64,000 bases of DNA, taken from assembly GCA_020184695.1 (NCBI GenBank), contig JAANOX010000270.1, positions 62,001-126,000 on the forward strand, written 5' to 3'. The position numbers and the translations under genes are program-made. The DNA comes from Histomonas meleagridis 2922-C6/04-290x. Its lineage: Eukaryota > Protista > Parabasalia. A model generated the notes under the pieces. That model made no database searches. It was not told the DNA's origin and worked only from the letters and a program-made list of their open reading frames with translations. Shown piece after piece: positions 12,564 through 24,183 of the stretch. How positions within the stretch are numbered: position 1 is the stretch's first letter; each line of letters starts with the position of its first letter.

Positions 12564-12816
12564 CGCTTGAGAATGTAAAATGATTGAGAAAAAAATTATC
12601 TGTTTTTCACCAAAGATTTATTTTTTGCCTCCAGCAAAATATAAAATAAGTCGTATAAACTATATTAAAATTATAATATCATAATTATACTAAATTTTTT
12701 ATGAATAGTTTTTATTTGAAATTTCATATGGAAATTATTTATTATCTTTTATTTTGCATCATCTTGAAATATTTAAAAATTAATTCAAGTACTATTGTAC
12801 TTCAGGGATACTTGTT
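12564..12816 (+). repeat. Non-coding direct repeat, copy 2 (partner at 7478-7882)
   Basis: See copy 1; same orientation, flanking ankyrin locus A. Confidence 0.85.
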
Positions 12817-13608
12817 TCAAAAACTTGAAATTTTTGTTGGTAACCAACTCCAACAAAGACGCCGTGAAAAAGCGTCTTCTTTCATATTTAGTACCGAAAA
12901 CAGGAGATTTTAACCTTTGCAGCATCAAATTGGAAGTTGTTAAAAATGAAATATGATAGATTCTTCAAAAAAGCATTGTGAGTAAAATATAATGATATTA
13001 TTTAACATTTATTCATTAAGCTTGGTATGTATTTTATACTTTTTGAAAAAAAGATTCGATGAATGACATTCTTATCAAGGTAGGCAGTTTTCCACGGCTT
13101 CTTTAATGTGTTTTACGGAAATTTGCTTTAGTAAGCTTTGGTATGATGCAGTAAAATTGTATCATTATTAGTATCATATATTTAAAGTTTTGGGAATGTG
13201 TGTCATTAATCCAATATTCAGCTGACATTGAAGGAGGGATAATGTTCGTGACACATAGGGTTATAAAAACCTCCTGTGATTTTTCAGTAACCTCCTTGAA
13301 AAATGCATTTTATATCTATAAAAATTAGACAACACCAAAGGGTGCCCCAAGAATTTGAATCCAAACTGCATTGAAAATTTTCAATCTAGGATGCGCACTT
13401 TTGGAAGAACTGCGTGAAAGCTTTTCGGCTTTATTTTGGTATAAGAAAAACTTCATCTAAATAACGTACTTGCTCTCAAAATTCATGCGCCCAGATTCCG
13501 CTTTTGATGCCAAAACCGCTTATGATGTTTTCAATTTAAGAAAAATTGAGAGGATTCACAATCGGTTAATTTTTTGGATCCTCGAAATCTTGGAGGGCGA
13601 TATACACA

Positions 13609-16600
13609 ATGGTGAAAACAGATATCATGAGCTCCGTTCTTACAAAATCAACTACACGTTCGGAAGAATCAAGGGGCATTGAGTGGGAAAGCAACAGTGT
13701 TTCCAAAACAATATTTCCACTTTTCGATGAAATCTTAAAATTTGGTTTCCTCCCAAAATTTATATATATTATAGCACTCTTCATTGTAACAGTTCAACTT
13801 ATTAGTTGCTCGTTTTGGCCTGAATTTCGGTTTATTGAAGATTATGAAGGAATATGGGGAAAAATATTACATTATTTCATGTGTGTTGGTTTTATTTCTG
13901 ACCTTAGTCATGAACCAGTATCATATGAAATTTTAGTGATTGTTTATGCTGTGATAGTTATTTTCATTATCATATTAATAATATCCCAACTCGTTCTCTA
14001 TCAAACCAGACTTCGTTTTACCCGATGGGCTCTTCATGTTTCTAGATTTACTGTTGAAGTTATTCCATATATTGTTGTCATACCTTTAGCACATTTAGTT
14101 GGTATGCTCTTTCAAGATCTCATTAATGATTATCATGGCATTTATATCTTTTACCTTATACTAAGCATTATTTATTATGGATTTTTTATATTGCTTAAGT
14201 ATGCTCATTCATATTTTTTTGCACTTTCACCATATTTAAGTAATACGTCCATTGCAACATTTGATGGATGTTTTGATTTCTTTCTTATAGCGGGTCCATC
14301 CTTTTTTGTTCTTGTATCACATATTGTTCAAGTACTTCAAACATGGGTATCAGCCATATTAGTATTAGGGAAGATACCATATATGGTTTGGATATACTAT
14401 GAATTATTTAAATTCCCATATGTTCATGTTATCTCGAATTATTATGTTTCATGGCTTGTTACCTCAGTTTTAGCCGAAGACTTTTTATCATTAATGCAAA
14501 TATTTGGATTTCGTACTGTTGCTATGGTTAAGATCATAGTATTTTTAGTATGTGCAGTCATTTCTATAGCTATTATACCTGTTCAATATCGAATTCATAA
14601 GCTAAAAATTAAAAACTTATCATATAAATCACTCGATGGAATCGAAGTTACTGATGCAGTTGATAATATATATACTAAGAATCAAACAGCGATTTTCTTA
14701 AAAGAAAAAGATAAATTACAACATTATATTAATTTGAAAATAGATAAATCGAAGTTTTCAGCATTAGGTTATTTAAGAATTGGATTAGCAAATCATTGCG
14801 ATTTATTTTTGGATTGGTCATTAATTAAATTTATAGCAGAAACACATGATGACATTAATACAATCGAATGTATTATTCAAGCGCTTTCATTCTTTCCTAA
14901 TGAAAGTCGATTATTAAGATATTTCGTAGGAAGTTTTAATGAGAAATCTGGATTAAAATTCCATGACATGTTTTTAATGTATCAACTTAGTCGACTTGTT
15001 GGATTAAGACAAAGTTCTGCTTCAACTTCAGTCATTGGGAAAATATCAGAAATGAGAAGATATGCATTAAAAGGTTTTGGATCAATACAAAGTTTTTGGA
15101 TTCATGTACCTGATAGCATTGATTATTTTTATCAAGTTGAACATTATATGGAATCTGGTAAAGCATTATTTAATGAAGCATTAGATAATTGGCCAAACAA
15201 CATGAAAATTACTGAAGAATATACTGATTTCTTAGTTGATGATTGTACTGATTTTGTGAATGCTACAAAAATGAAATATCGATCAGAAATTCTTGAACAA
15301 TATCATAGTTTTGCTATTGATTATTCATTTCGATCATTTTTACGTGTTTATAATGATTATTTATTAAGAAATATCATTGACTTAAAAGGTAATTTAATAA
15401 GTGCTAAAGATATATCGAAAACTGAATCACAATTAGGTTCTAATTCTTCAGCAATGATTAATTCATCTTCATTTGAAATTGAACTTGAAGCTGATCAAGA
15501 AGAAGAATTATCTCGACAAATATTTTCGATGCATAGATTAAGACTTGCATATCAAAAGTCAATTGATAGTCGTAAATCGAAAATTTCGACAATATTTAAA
15601 ATTTGGACTGCAATTTCGACGTTAATATTAATTGCGATGTTAATTTATATATATTTTACATTTAATGGAATGTTTTCTAATATGTCCAATAATATGCATC
15701 GTCAATATTATTTACATCAAGTTCGTTATGGTATTGAAGCATCATTTACATGTACAAATATATTAATGTTTCATGAATTAGGTATATTTAGTAATAGTTT
15801 TTATGAACAAATTATTCATCCAAGAATTGGAGAAGATTTTAATTATAATTTAAAGTTAAGTGATAATATCTTTGATGAAATTTTAAGATGGGAAGAATAT
15901 GGTGTAACATATTATAGTGAATTATTTGATAATATTCGACAATTATCTATAACAGAAACGAATTTATTAAGTTATATGAGAGAATTATTTTATCAAGAAA
16001 CTAATTTCTCATTCTTTAAAGAAGATGCAAGAATTGTAGATACTAATCAATCATTAGAAGATATATTTTCTGGAATGATAATTAGAATACGTGAACTTTT
16101 ATTATTAGATGATGATGGTAATTATCCATCACCTTCTGATTGGATTAATAATCGAAGATTTTTCGAAGTTCTTGGAAATTTACGATATTTATCATTAGGT
16201 TTTGAAGATTTAGAATCAACTATTAATCGAGAAATTTATGATGATAAAAACTCAAATACAAAAACTAAAAATATTACATTATTAATAGTATGTGTAATAA
16301 CAATCGTATTAACAGCTCCATTTTTAATATTTTTCTTAGTTTATTATATATTTGAATTAAAGGAATTAATATCTTTAATGAAAACAGTTGATATTAAAAC
16401 ACGTGAAGAAGCAGCTACACCATTACGATTACTTCAAGGTGATACTATTGGAATGTCTAATGATACATTATCACGTAAAACATTATCAACGAAATTATTT
16501 ATTTTCTTAATAATATTTATGTTAATCATTAATATATTAATATATTATTTCATATGTTATTATGGAGAAACTGAAAATAATTTATTCTTTGAATTAAATG

Positions 16601-18369
16601 CTTGGCTTTATCAAGGTATTCAACGAGGAAGTTTATTATTAGAAGTAATAAATTATTTATTTTATTCATTAGCTATTAATAACAATAAAATTAATTTAAA
16701 CTTTTCGACATATGATAATATGAATCAATTAGCTAATGAATCGTTAACTACATTAATTAAAGTACATTCTAATTTAATGAAAGGTACTGAGAATGCAGGA
16801 CCTTGTACAGGTTTTAATTCTGATTTAGATGCAATTCATTTAACTATAGTATGTACTGATGAACCTGAAGAAGGTTCAATTCATGATGATTTTAGATGTA
16901 CTTCATTAGATAAATCAATTTCTTTATTTGGTTCAATGGCAGATGAATTAATTCGTACTCCAATCACTAATTCATTTGAAGCTAATTCAACTTTATATTA
17001 TCTATTTCATATAGCTAATAGTCATATGATTGAACAAATGTTTGAATGCGCTCAAATATTAACAGAAAATGCAACACTTACACAAGAAGATTTCCATCGA
17101 GTTTTAATTATAATTTTAATTTGTGGTATAATTTTATCATTATTAGAATTTTTAATATTATTTTATTTCATCGAAAAATTAGATAAAGGTTTTAAAGGAG
17201 CGTTATTATTATTAAGAAGACTTTCACCTAAAGTATTCACTCAAAATCAAGAATTAATGGATTATTTATTAGATCGAAAAACTAAAAAACAAAAATCAAA
17301 AATGTGCGCATCAAAATTAGTTATATTTATGTTAAAAGATTCTGTTTTATGTTTAAATATTAATGGGACTGTCGAAGTTATAAATTCATCAGTTACAAAT
17401 ACGTTCGGATATAAACCTGAACAATTATTAGGTCAAAGTATTTCGATTTTGTTACAAGAAGATTCATATGAATCAATTCAATCTCAAATGGGTCTAATGA
17501 GAAATGGTGAATGTCCACCAACTTTCGAAACTAAAGCAATCGCTAAGACTGATGATGACCAAGAAGTACCTGTAAACGCTACTTTGATTGGTATTGAAGA
17601 AAATGGATCTGTGAAATCTTTCGTAATCATATTAAGAAATGAAATGGAGCTTGAAAAGCAAAGAGTAGAGGCTGAGAAGGCTAAAGCTCAAAGTGAAAAG
17701 CTTTTATTCCAAATATTACCTCGTGATATAGTTGTAAGATTAGATCAAGGTGAAAAAGATATTTCATTTGTGGTTCCTTCAGCGTCAATTATCTTTGCTG
17801 ATATCGTGAAATGGAGTGAATATTCGGCTTCTTTGTCCCCTGCTCAAATAATGTGTACTTTGTCAATGATTTTTGATAAGTTTGACGAAATGACGGCCAA
17901 ATATGAATTGATTACAAAAATTAAATTGATAGGAGACGTTTACATGGCAGCAGGCGGTTTGTTTACGCCGGATAAACCGCCGCAAGAACATGCTCAACAA
18001 GTTTTACAATTAGGTTTAGATATTTTAGGTGTTATTGATGAGGTTAACTCTCAATTAGAATCAAATTTACAAATTAGAATCGGCGTAAATACTAACGGAC
18101 CTTTGATCGCTGGTATATTAGGTATTCATAAACCAACATTCGATATAATAGGTGACCCAATTAACGTGGCTTCAAGATTACAAAGTACTTGTATACCAGG
18201 AACTGTACAGATTTCACAGAAAACTTTCGAACTTGTATCAAATATGAACTTTAACATTGAACCTAGAGGTGAAATAGAACTAAAAGGTAAAGGAAAACAA
18301 ATGGCGTATATAGTAAGACCGGCATTTGCAAATACATTGATCATGTCTGCGTTATCTTCAATCGATTAA
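13609..18369 (+). CDS. Multi-pass membrane class III adenylyl cyclase with PAS domain
   Basis: 1586-aa ORF with many TM segments, a PAS-like segment (NSSVTNTFGYKPEQLLGQSISIL) and cyclase motifs LLFQILPRDIV, IFADIV, IKLIGDVYMAAGG, FDIIGDPINVASRLQS. K/D specificity residues suggest ATP as substrate. Confidence 0.92.
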   Translation: MVKTDIMSSVLTKSTTRSEESRGIEWESNSVSKTIFPLFDEILKFGFLPKFIYIIALFIVTVQLISCSFWPEFRFIEDYEGIWGKILHYFMCVGFISDLSHEPVSYEILVIVYAVIVIFIIILIISQLVLYQTRLRFTRWALHVSRFTVEVIPYIVVIPLAHLVGMLFQDLINDYHGIYIFYLILSIIYYGFFILLKYAHSYFFALSPYLSNTSIATFDGCFDFFLIAGPSFFVLVSHIVQVLQTWVSAILVLGKIPYMVWIYYELFKFPYVHVISNYYVSWLVTSVLAEDFLSLMQIFGFRTVAMVKIIVFLVCAVISIAIIPVQYRIHKLKIKNLSYKSLDGIEVTDAVDNIYTKNQTAIFLKEKDKLQHYINLKIDKSKFSALGYLRIGLANHCDLFLDWSLIKFIAETHDDINTIECIIQALSFFPNESRLLRYFVGSFNEKSGLKFHDMFLMYQLSRLVGLRQSSASTSVIGKISEMRRYALKGFGSIQSFWIHVPDSIDYFYQVEHYMESGKALFNEALDNWPNNMKITEEYTDFLVDDCTDFVNATKMKYRSEILEQYHSFAIDYSFRSFLRVYNDYLLRNIIDLKGNLISAKDISKTESQLGSNSSAMINSSSFEIELEADQEEELSRQIFSMHRLRLAYQKSIDSRKSKISTIFKIWTAISTLILIAMLIYIYFTFNGMFSNMSNNMHRQYYLHQVRYGIEASFTCTNILMFHELGIFSNSFYEQIIHPRIGEDFNYNLKLSDNIFDEILRWEEYGVTYYSELFDNIRQLSITETNLLSYMRELFYQETNFSFFKEDARIVDTNQSLEDIFSGMIIRIRELLLLDDDGNYPSPSDWINNRRFFEVLGNLRYLSLGFEDLESTINREIYDDKNSNTKTKNITLLIVCVITIVLTAPFLIFFLVYYIFELKELISLMKTVDIKTREEAATPLRLLQGDTIGMSNDTLSRKTLSTKLFIFLIIFMLIINILIYYFICYYGETENNLFFELNAWLYQGIQRGSLLLEVINYLFYSLAINNNKINLNFSTYDNMNQLANESLTTLIKVHSNLMKGTENAGPCTGFNSDLDAIHLTIVCTDEPEEGSIHDDFRCTSLDKSISLFGSMADELIRTPITNSFEANSTLYYLFHIANSHMIEQMFECAQILTENATLTQEDFHRVLIIILICGIILSLLEFLILFYFIEKLDKGFKGALLLLRRLSPKVFTQNQELMDYLLDRKTKKQKSKMCASKLVIFMLKDSVLCLNINGTVEVINSSVTNTFGYKPEQLLGQSISILLQEDSYESIQSQMGLMRNGECPPTFETKAIAKTDDDQEVPVNATLIGIEENGSVKSFVIILRNEMELEKQRVEAEKAKAQSEKLLFQILPRDIVVRLDQGEKDISFVVPSASIIFADIVKWSEYSASLSPAQIMCTLSMIFDKFDEMTAKYELITKIKLIGDVYMAAGGLFTPDKPPQEHAQQVLQLGLDILGVIDEVNSQLESNLQIRIGVNTNGPLIAGILGIHKPTFDIIGDPINVASRLQSTCIPGTVQISQKTFELVSNMNFNIEPRGEIELKGKGKQMAYIVRPAFANTLIMSALSSID

Positions 18370-18461
18370 TTCATTAATTTTTTTGTAAAATTTTGAATTA
18401 CGTAATAATTATTATTAAATTTTGATATAGTTTTGTTTATTAAAAAAAAAAAAAACAATAT

Positions 18462-18830
18462 TTAATTTAACGTAAGCGAATGATAAACTATTCGTGCAAC
18501 TTTCCTTTGTGGTATAGCTTCAACAAAAATTGTTGAATGAAATGAACTACCTTTGTCTTGAATTAACAATTTTCCAAATATTATAACCATTGTCCATAAT
18601 GATGTTTCAGGAACTGTTTGAACTTCAAACCCATCGACAACAAACGTCATACCTGGAAGGTTTTTATAAAATTGAAAAATTTGTTCTTTTCCATTGATTT
18701 GATTTCCTTCAAAAAAAAGACTTGATGAATTATCATAAAACATCATTGCTTGATTTATATCTGAATTTAATAATGGAAAGAACTTATTTATTATTTCATT
18801 TGCTACACCTAAAGAATCATTTTGAGCCAT
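18462..18830 (-). CDS. NTF2-like domain protein
   Basis: 122 aa; FYDNSSSLFFEGNQINGKEQIFQFYKNLP matches the NTF2 family pattern. Confidence 0.75.
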   Translation of the reverse strand: MAQNDSLGVANEIINKFFPLLNSDINQAMMFYDNSSSLFFEGNQINGKEQIFQFYKNLPGMTFVVDGFEVQTVPETSLWTMVIIFGKLLIQDKGSSFHSTIFVEAIPQRKVARIVYHSLTLN

Positions 18831-18903
18831 TTTTTAAAAACGATCATATAAACCATTTAATAAAAATAAACAATTAAAAAAGTTTTATATATAACAATCT
18901 AAA

Positions 18904-20742
18904 TCAATCATCTTTTTCTTCGTTATTCTTTAGATATGTAAGAAGTATATGAGCTATAAAGCTATATACTGTTAAGAAGCCTATTCCTTTGTATCCAAAG
19001 AATATAAATACAAACATATAAATCATTACAGAAAGAAGTGGAATTGAAGTTTTCGTTTGTTCTTTAGAAATAGCACTTTCTTCAGTTTCCACAATTTCAA
19101 CTGGTTCTTTCTGTTTATATGTTGATTCTGTATCTGCATCATTATTTGTGCCAAATTGTAAAGGAACAAATGGGATTTTTGTACTCATTACACGAGAGAC
19201 TTTCGTGAAAAGAGCATCAGAAAGATTATTAGGATCAATTTGAGATGGAAATTTAATCGAATCTAACATAGGTGGAACAGAAAAGTTTTGTGAATCCAAG
19301 TTCTGTGAGCTGCTTGATGATTTAGCTTTGGAATCATAATCTTCATCAAATCTTGGAAATTGAAGACTATCCATTCCAAATTCATTACCGAAAGAGCCAG
19401 TACTACCTCTGCTTGTACTGTGCTGTGAAAATGGAGAATTCATAGCACTAATTGTTGAGTCATCTGATAACGTTCCAAATGTTCGACTAAGTTGAAATGC
19501 TGTACTTTCAAAAGAATCTCCACTTGGTTGTCCACTAAAAGCGAATTTCCTTGCTGTAGCAAGACCTATATTTCTAGTTGAATCATCTGTTGTGAAATCA
19601 AATTCACTATTTGTACTAACAATATCTGACCCAAGGTTTAATGAAGAATCACTTGTAAATGAACTATCATTAATAATTGGGCGAGCAGTAAGAAGATCAG
19701 CTGTATAGTTCTGAGTTAACGAACTATTCGCATCAGAGAACGAAAAAGTGTCATCCAAAGTTTCATCGGTGAAGTGCTTCTTCGGCTGCTGATAAACTAA
19801 AAGATTTGCAAGAGCAACTTTCCTGTTCATTCTTTCTGCTCTTTTTATGAACGGATGTTCTAAAAGACGTGGGATATCCCATCGATCATTTGGATTTGAT
19901 TGAACACAATGTGAAACAAAATCACAAAACTCTGGAGAATGCATGGCTGGGAAACGATACCCAGGGAACCCTTTAAGTGTGATTTCTATCATTGCTTTGG
20001 TAGGTGCAAATTCAACATATGGTGGTGCACCTTCAGCTAATTCAATGGCTGTAATGCCAACACTCCAAACATCAGCAGGATAACTATAAGATGTACCACT
20101 AATAACTTCAGGTGCCATCCAATATGGAGTTCCAACAATTGTCATGGTATGACAAGTTCCTGTTGCTTCAAATCTCCTTGAAACGCCAAAATCCGCAATT
20201 CTTATTTCACCTGATGATGTTAAAAGAATGTTGGCAGATTTGATATCTCTATGAACTATGTGATATTTTTGATGGATAATTTGAAGACCTTTAAGTAAAT
20301 CATGCATGACAATTGAAATTTGATCTTCACTTAATACCTGTTCTCTTGCATCAAGAATATCGCGAAATGAACCACGATCACAATATTCCATTAAAATCAT
20401 TATAGTCCCATCAAAAGGAACACTCCCATAATAGTGGATTGTGTAAGGAGAATCAACTTCACGCATAAGTTTGATTTCATTTTCAATTTCAGCTTTAGAT
20501 GTTTCATTAACTAAACTTGGATTTATAAGTTTACCTGCTAGAATCTTATTGGAAGGGCGATGTAGAATTTGTGAAACAATGCCAAAGCCACCTTTACCAA
20601 TGACTTGAAGTTTAGTGAATATTGTTTGAGGATCAACTGTTTCATCAAATGACCAATTAAGCTCCTTATCAATATGGACTTGATGCTTTACTTCTAATGG
20701 CTCTGAGATTTTTGGTGAATCTCTGAATAGTTTCTTTAGCAT
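18904..20742 (-). CDS. STE20/PAK-like Ser/Thr kinase with N-terminal CRIB-like motif and C-terminal hydrophobic helix
   Basis: ISEPLEVKHQVHID (CRIB-like), GKGGFG, HRDIKSAN, DFG, GTPYWMAPE, GITAIELAEGAPPY; C-terminal hydrophobic IPLLSVMIYMFVFIFFGYKGIGFLTVYSFIAHILL. Confidence 0.9.
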   Translation of the reverse strand: MLKKLFRDSPKISEPLEVKHQVHIDKELNWSFDETVDPQTIFTKLQVIGKGGFGIVSQILHRPSNKILAGKLINPSLVNETSKAEIENEIKLMREVDSPYTIHYYGSVPFDGTIMILMEYCDRGSFRDILDAREQVLSEDQISIVMHDLLKGLQIIHQKYHIVHRDIKSANILLTSSGEIRIADFGVSRRFEATGTCHTMTIVGTPYWMAPEVISGTSYSYPADVWSVGITAIELAEGAPPYVEFAPTKAMIEITLKGFPGYRFPAMHSPEFCDFVSHCVQSNPNDRWDIPRLLEHPFIKRAERMNRKVALANLLVYQQPKKHFTDETLDDTFSFSDANSSLTQNYTADLLTARPIINDSSFTSDSSLNLGSDIVSTNSEFDFTTDDSTRNIGLATARKFAFSGQPSGDSFESTAFQLSRTFGTLSDDSTISAMNSPFSQHSTSRGSTGSFGNEFGMDSLQFPRFDEDYDSKAKSSSSSQNLDSQNFSVPPMLDSIKFPSQIDPNNLSDALFTKVSRVMSTKIPFVPLQFGTNNDADTESTYKQKEPVEIVETEESAISKEQTKTSIPLLSVMIYMFVFIFFGYKGIGFLTVYSFIAHILLTYLKNNEEKDD

Positions 20743-21491
20743 TTAATGGTTGAACGATAGGAAACGGTTTTTTAAGTAACGTGTTTTTGGTATTCTTGAT
20801 GATAAAAAAAAATTTCTCATTTATTTGTTATATATAATTTGTCTCTGAAAATAAACTGACAAAGTAATGGCGTTGTGAATTATATAATTAATATTTGTAT
20901 ATATATGATATATAAAAAGATTGAATATTGTTTAGATGCAAGAAATTATGTCATTTCGCATAATTTTATTTATTTGAGAAAATTAATTTACAACCATGTG
21001 AGGTAGTCCAAGTGAAGTGAAAAACTGACACTATAAACAAAAAATTTAATTTTCTCAGCATTCGTTTCATAAAATTATAATAAATAAATATAGAAATAAT
21101 CATTACATTGTAAGTTAACATTAAATATTTTGTATCATAAAAATATATCAATTTTTTTGAAAAGTATTTTCTACATTAACAATTAAGGAAATAATATGAA
21201 TTATTAATTTTCGATAAAAAAAACGACTTAATTTTCAAAACATGCTGAAATAAAGAAATTCAAAAAAAATATCACGAAAATTATCTGATATATATCACAA
21301 AATTGGCCAATAATTTTTTTTTTTTTGAAACTCGAGAATCAATATAAAACTGCACTTATCAATGTATCTTCAAAGGTAAATTTTATAAGTAATATATATA
21401 TATTAAATATTTTAAAATAAAATTTGGTGTTCATTTCATTCATGAATGTAAAAACAAATTTTTAATATTATATATCTACATTTTATTCAAA

Positions 21492-24059
21492 TTAATAATT
21501 TTCTGTCACTTTTGTGAATTGGTATAATTTTTCGTACAATGAATTGTCCATTTTATTTCTTCTGCATATCATTCCGACCCACAGAGAAGCGCACGCCGCC
21601 AAAACGGACAAAACCCATTCCTTCAGTTCCAAAGGAGGGCAATTACATAACGTTCCAGCGAATTGGAGGAAGCAAAACATGAAAACGATTATCGCGCACA
21701 ATATTTTAATGAGCACATTCGATTTATTTATACCAACAAAAACATTTTCATTTCTTTCAGTTGCTCTCACGTTTATTAAATTCGCCATTTGACAAAACAT
21801 GAACACATTAAATATAAATGTATAATGATAATGTGCAAAAGGCCTATGATTCTTTGGCGGATACATTAAAATGAAAATAAAAATAACAATTTGAAAAACG
21901 ACTTGAAAAATTATATTCTTCTTCATAAATGATGTAATTAATTTCCGATTATTAATTCGATTATTTCGTGGCTCTTCATTACTAAATATGATCGAAGATA
22001 ACAAAGGTAATATTAAATTACTTATTAATATCTCAAATGGACTAAAAGGAAATTCATATAAAAAAAAAGATGTGATTAATGTTAAGAATAATGTCGAAAG
22101 AAGTGTTATCATATAAAATTGTAAAAATCGTTGTACATTATGGAAAATGTTTTGTTTCATTACAATACATTTCGAAATTGTTTCGAAATCATTTCCATAA
22201 TTTAATGATTCGATTTCATTCGAATTATGATTAATGTCACCTAAAACAATTACGTTTTGTCCTTTTTCTTGTAATTTACGGACAATAAATTGTTTATCTT
22301 TTGGAGTCGCACGTGAAACAACTGAAATTCGTGGAAAAATTTTGTCGAATTCTTCATTTGACATTTTATGTATATCTTCGGCTTCGATTGCGATTTTATT
22401 TTTAGTTAATAGATGACATTCTTTTGCAATAGATTTGGAAGTACTTAAACTATCGCCTGTTATCATTATAACATTACAACCAGAACGTTGACATGAAATT
22501 ACTGAAGAACGAGAATTAATACGTATTGGATTTTGATAACATAAAATTCCAATAAATGTTAATTCGGATTCTGCGATTTCATGTGTTTCTGGTAATGTTG
22601 TCGTTGCTTTATATGCAATGCCTATAGTATAAAAGCCTTGCGAACTTTGCGTTTGAATTAATGTATTAATTCGTTGAAGAAATGTTTCGGTAATTGTTTT
22701 AACTCGTCCATTCTCAGTATAATATTTCGTACATTGTTTAAGTATTGATTCAGGTGATCCTTTAACATGTATAATATATTGATCTCCTTGTCGAATAATC
22801 GTTGACATTAATCTTCGGAATTGATCAAATTGAAAACACTTTAAAATATTTTGTGTTGTTTCATGATGATGAAATGAAATTAAGGTCTTAATTTCTTGTG
22901 GTAAATTAAGAAAATCATTACTAAGATAGATCTTGTCATTAATTATATATTGTTCAATGTCCATTTTTTCAGTTGTTAAAATTCCGGTTTTACTGGTGCA
23001 GATAACGGGCGCGGAGTCCGTTAAGCACATTGAATAAAAACGGTTAAAATCATCGGAGCTTAACTTTCGCTTAACATGTTCAAGTGACATTATATGCACA
23101 ATACTGGGCCATTGTTGTGGATCACAGACAATAAAAGCACAAATAAAAGCGATGATACAAACGGGCTCTCGTATATATCCCCATGCTAAATTTGCTTTCT
23201 TCATATTAACAACCCAAAAAATAATTAATATGGAAAAAATAAGAAGAAATGCACGGTTAGCCATTTCGCCAATTCGTTCGCCAATAATTTCAACTCTTCT
23301 TTGAAGAGGAAACGTATTGATTAATCTATCACAATAAATTTGACCAACACGAAGAACAATCATTGTTCCTGTTCCACTGGTTACTATTGTGTCTGTTGTT
23401 AAGAATGGGTCTTTCACATCTTTCCGAATATATTCACCATCTGAAGATTGACAAATACAAATATTGTCTCCATCAATGAGAATTCCATCAGCAGGAACTT
23501 TACAGGGAGCTTCAAGTTTGATGACATCTCCAACAACAACATCAACATTTTTGATAATTTTCATATTCCCATCACGAACAACATGTACATCATAAATCAA
23601 TTTCGACTTATTAAACTCTGTGTGAATAAGAAGTTTTTTTCTTTTGAAATATAATTGCATGTATAAAACGCCAAAAATTGCTATGAAAATAGAAACCCCA
23701 TCAAAAAATGAATAAATTCTATCTGACCCTGATGATAGAACTAACTCTAATACAAAACAAGCAATTACAAGAAGAACTAAGATTATTAATTTGATATTGT
23801 TAACAAGAATATTCTTAATGTTCATTAATATATTAAAAATGTATTCTTTTATCATTAATGAAACTGGTTTGATTTCACTACCACGAATACCATTGTCACC
23901 AAAGTGCAATATTCTTTGTTGAATAGTATCTGTATTAATTCCTCTTAGAATATCAACATGAAGTTTTTCCCCTAAATTATTTGTACCACCATAACTTTGT
24001 ATTCCTCGAGGATTGTTGGAAGCTAAAATGTCTTGCAATTCTTCAGATGTTATTTCCAT
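21492..24059 (-). CDS. P2-type (PMCA-like) ATPase homolog lacking catalytic motifs
   Basis: Intact ORF (ATG 24059; track starts at TTG 24083) with VVVGDVIKL, VPADG, HVKGSPESIL, MITGDS and SRATPKDK. DKTGT reads SKTGI; TGES and GDGxND are not recognisable. Confidence 0.8.
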   Translation of the reverse strand: MEITSEELQDILASNNPRGIQSYGGTNNLGEKLHVDILRGINTDTIQQRILHFGDNGIRGSEIKPVSLMIKEYIFNILMNIKNILVNNIKLIILVLLVIACFVLELVLSSGSDRIYSFFDGVSIFIAIFGVLYMQLYFKRKKLLIHTEFNKSKLIYDVHVVRDGNMKIIKNVDVVVGDVIKLEAPCKVPADGILIDGDNICICQSSDGEYIRKDVKDPFLTTDTIVTSGTGTMIVLRVGQIYCDRLINTFPLQRRVEIIGERIGEMANRAFLLIFSILIIFWVVNMKKANLAWGYIREPVCIIAFICAFIVCDPQQWPSIVHIMSLEHVKRKLSSDDFNRFYSMCLTDSAPVICTSKTGILTTEKMDIEQYIINDKIYLSNDFLNLPQEIKTLISFHHHETTQNILKCFQFDQFRRLMSTIIRQGDQYIIHVKGSPESILKQCTKYYTENGRVKTITETFLQRINTLIQTQSSQGFYTIGIAYKATTTLPETHEIAESELTFIGILCYQNPIRINSRSSVISCQRSGCNVIMITGDSLSTSKSIAKECHLLTKNKIAIEAEDIHKMSNEEFDKIFPRISVVSRATPKDKQFIVRKLQEKGQNVIVLGDINHNSNEIESLNYGNDFETISKCIVMKQNIFHNVQRFLQFYMITLLSTLFLTLITSFFLYEFPFSPFEILISNLILPLLSSIIFSNEEPRNNRINNRKLITSFMKKNIIFQVVFQIVIFIFILMYPPKNHRPFAHYHYTFIFNVFMFCQMANLINVRATERNENVFVGINKSNVLIKILCAIIVFMFCFLQFAGTLCNCPPLELKEWVLSVLAACASLWVGMICRRNKMDNSLYEKLYQFTKVTENY

Positions 24060-24183
24060 TGACCTGAGGAATCCAAGGATCAATCAGGCAACAAACAATT
24101 GTTTACGTTTGTAAAGTTTTCATTTTAATTGAATTATTATCTAGTCTGCCAACACAAAATGTTAATTGAATCGTTTTAGTTTT

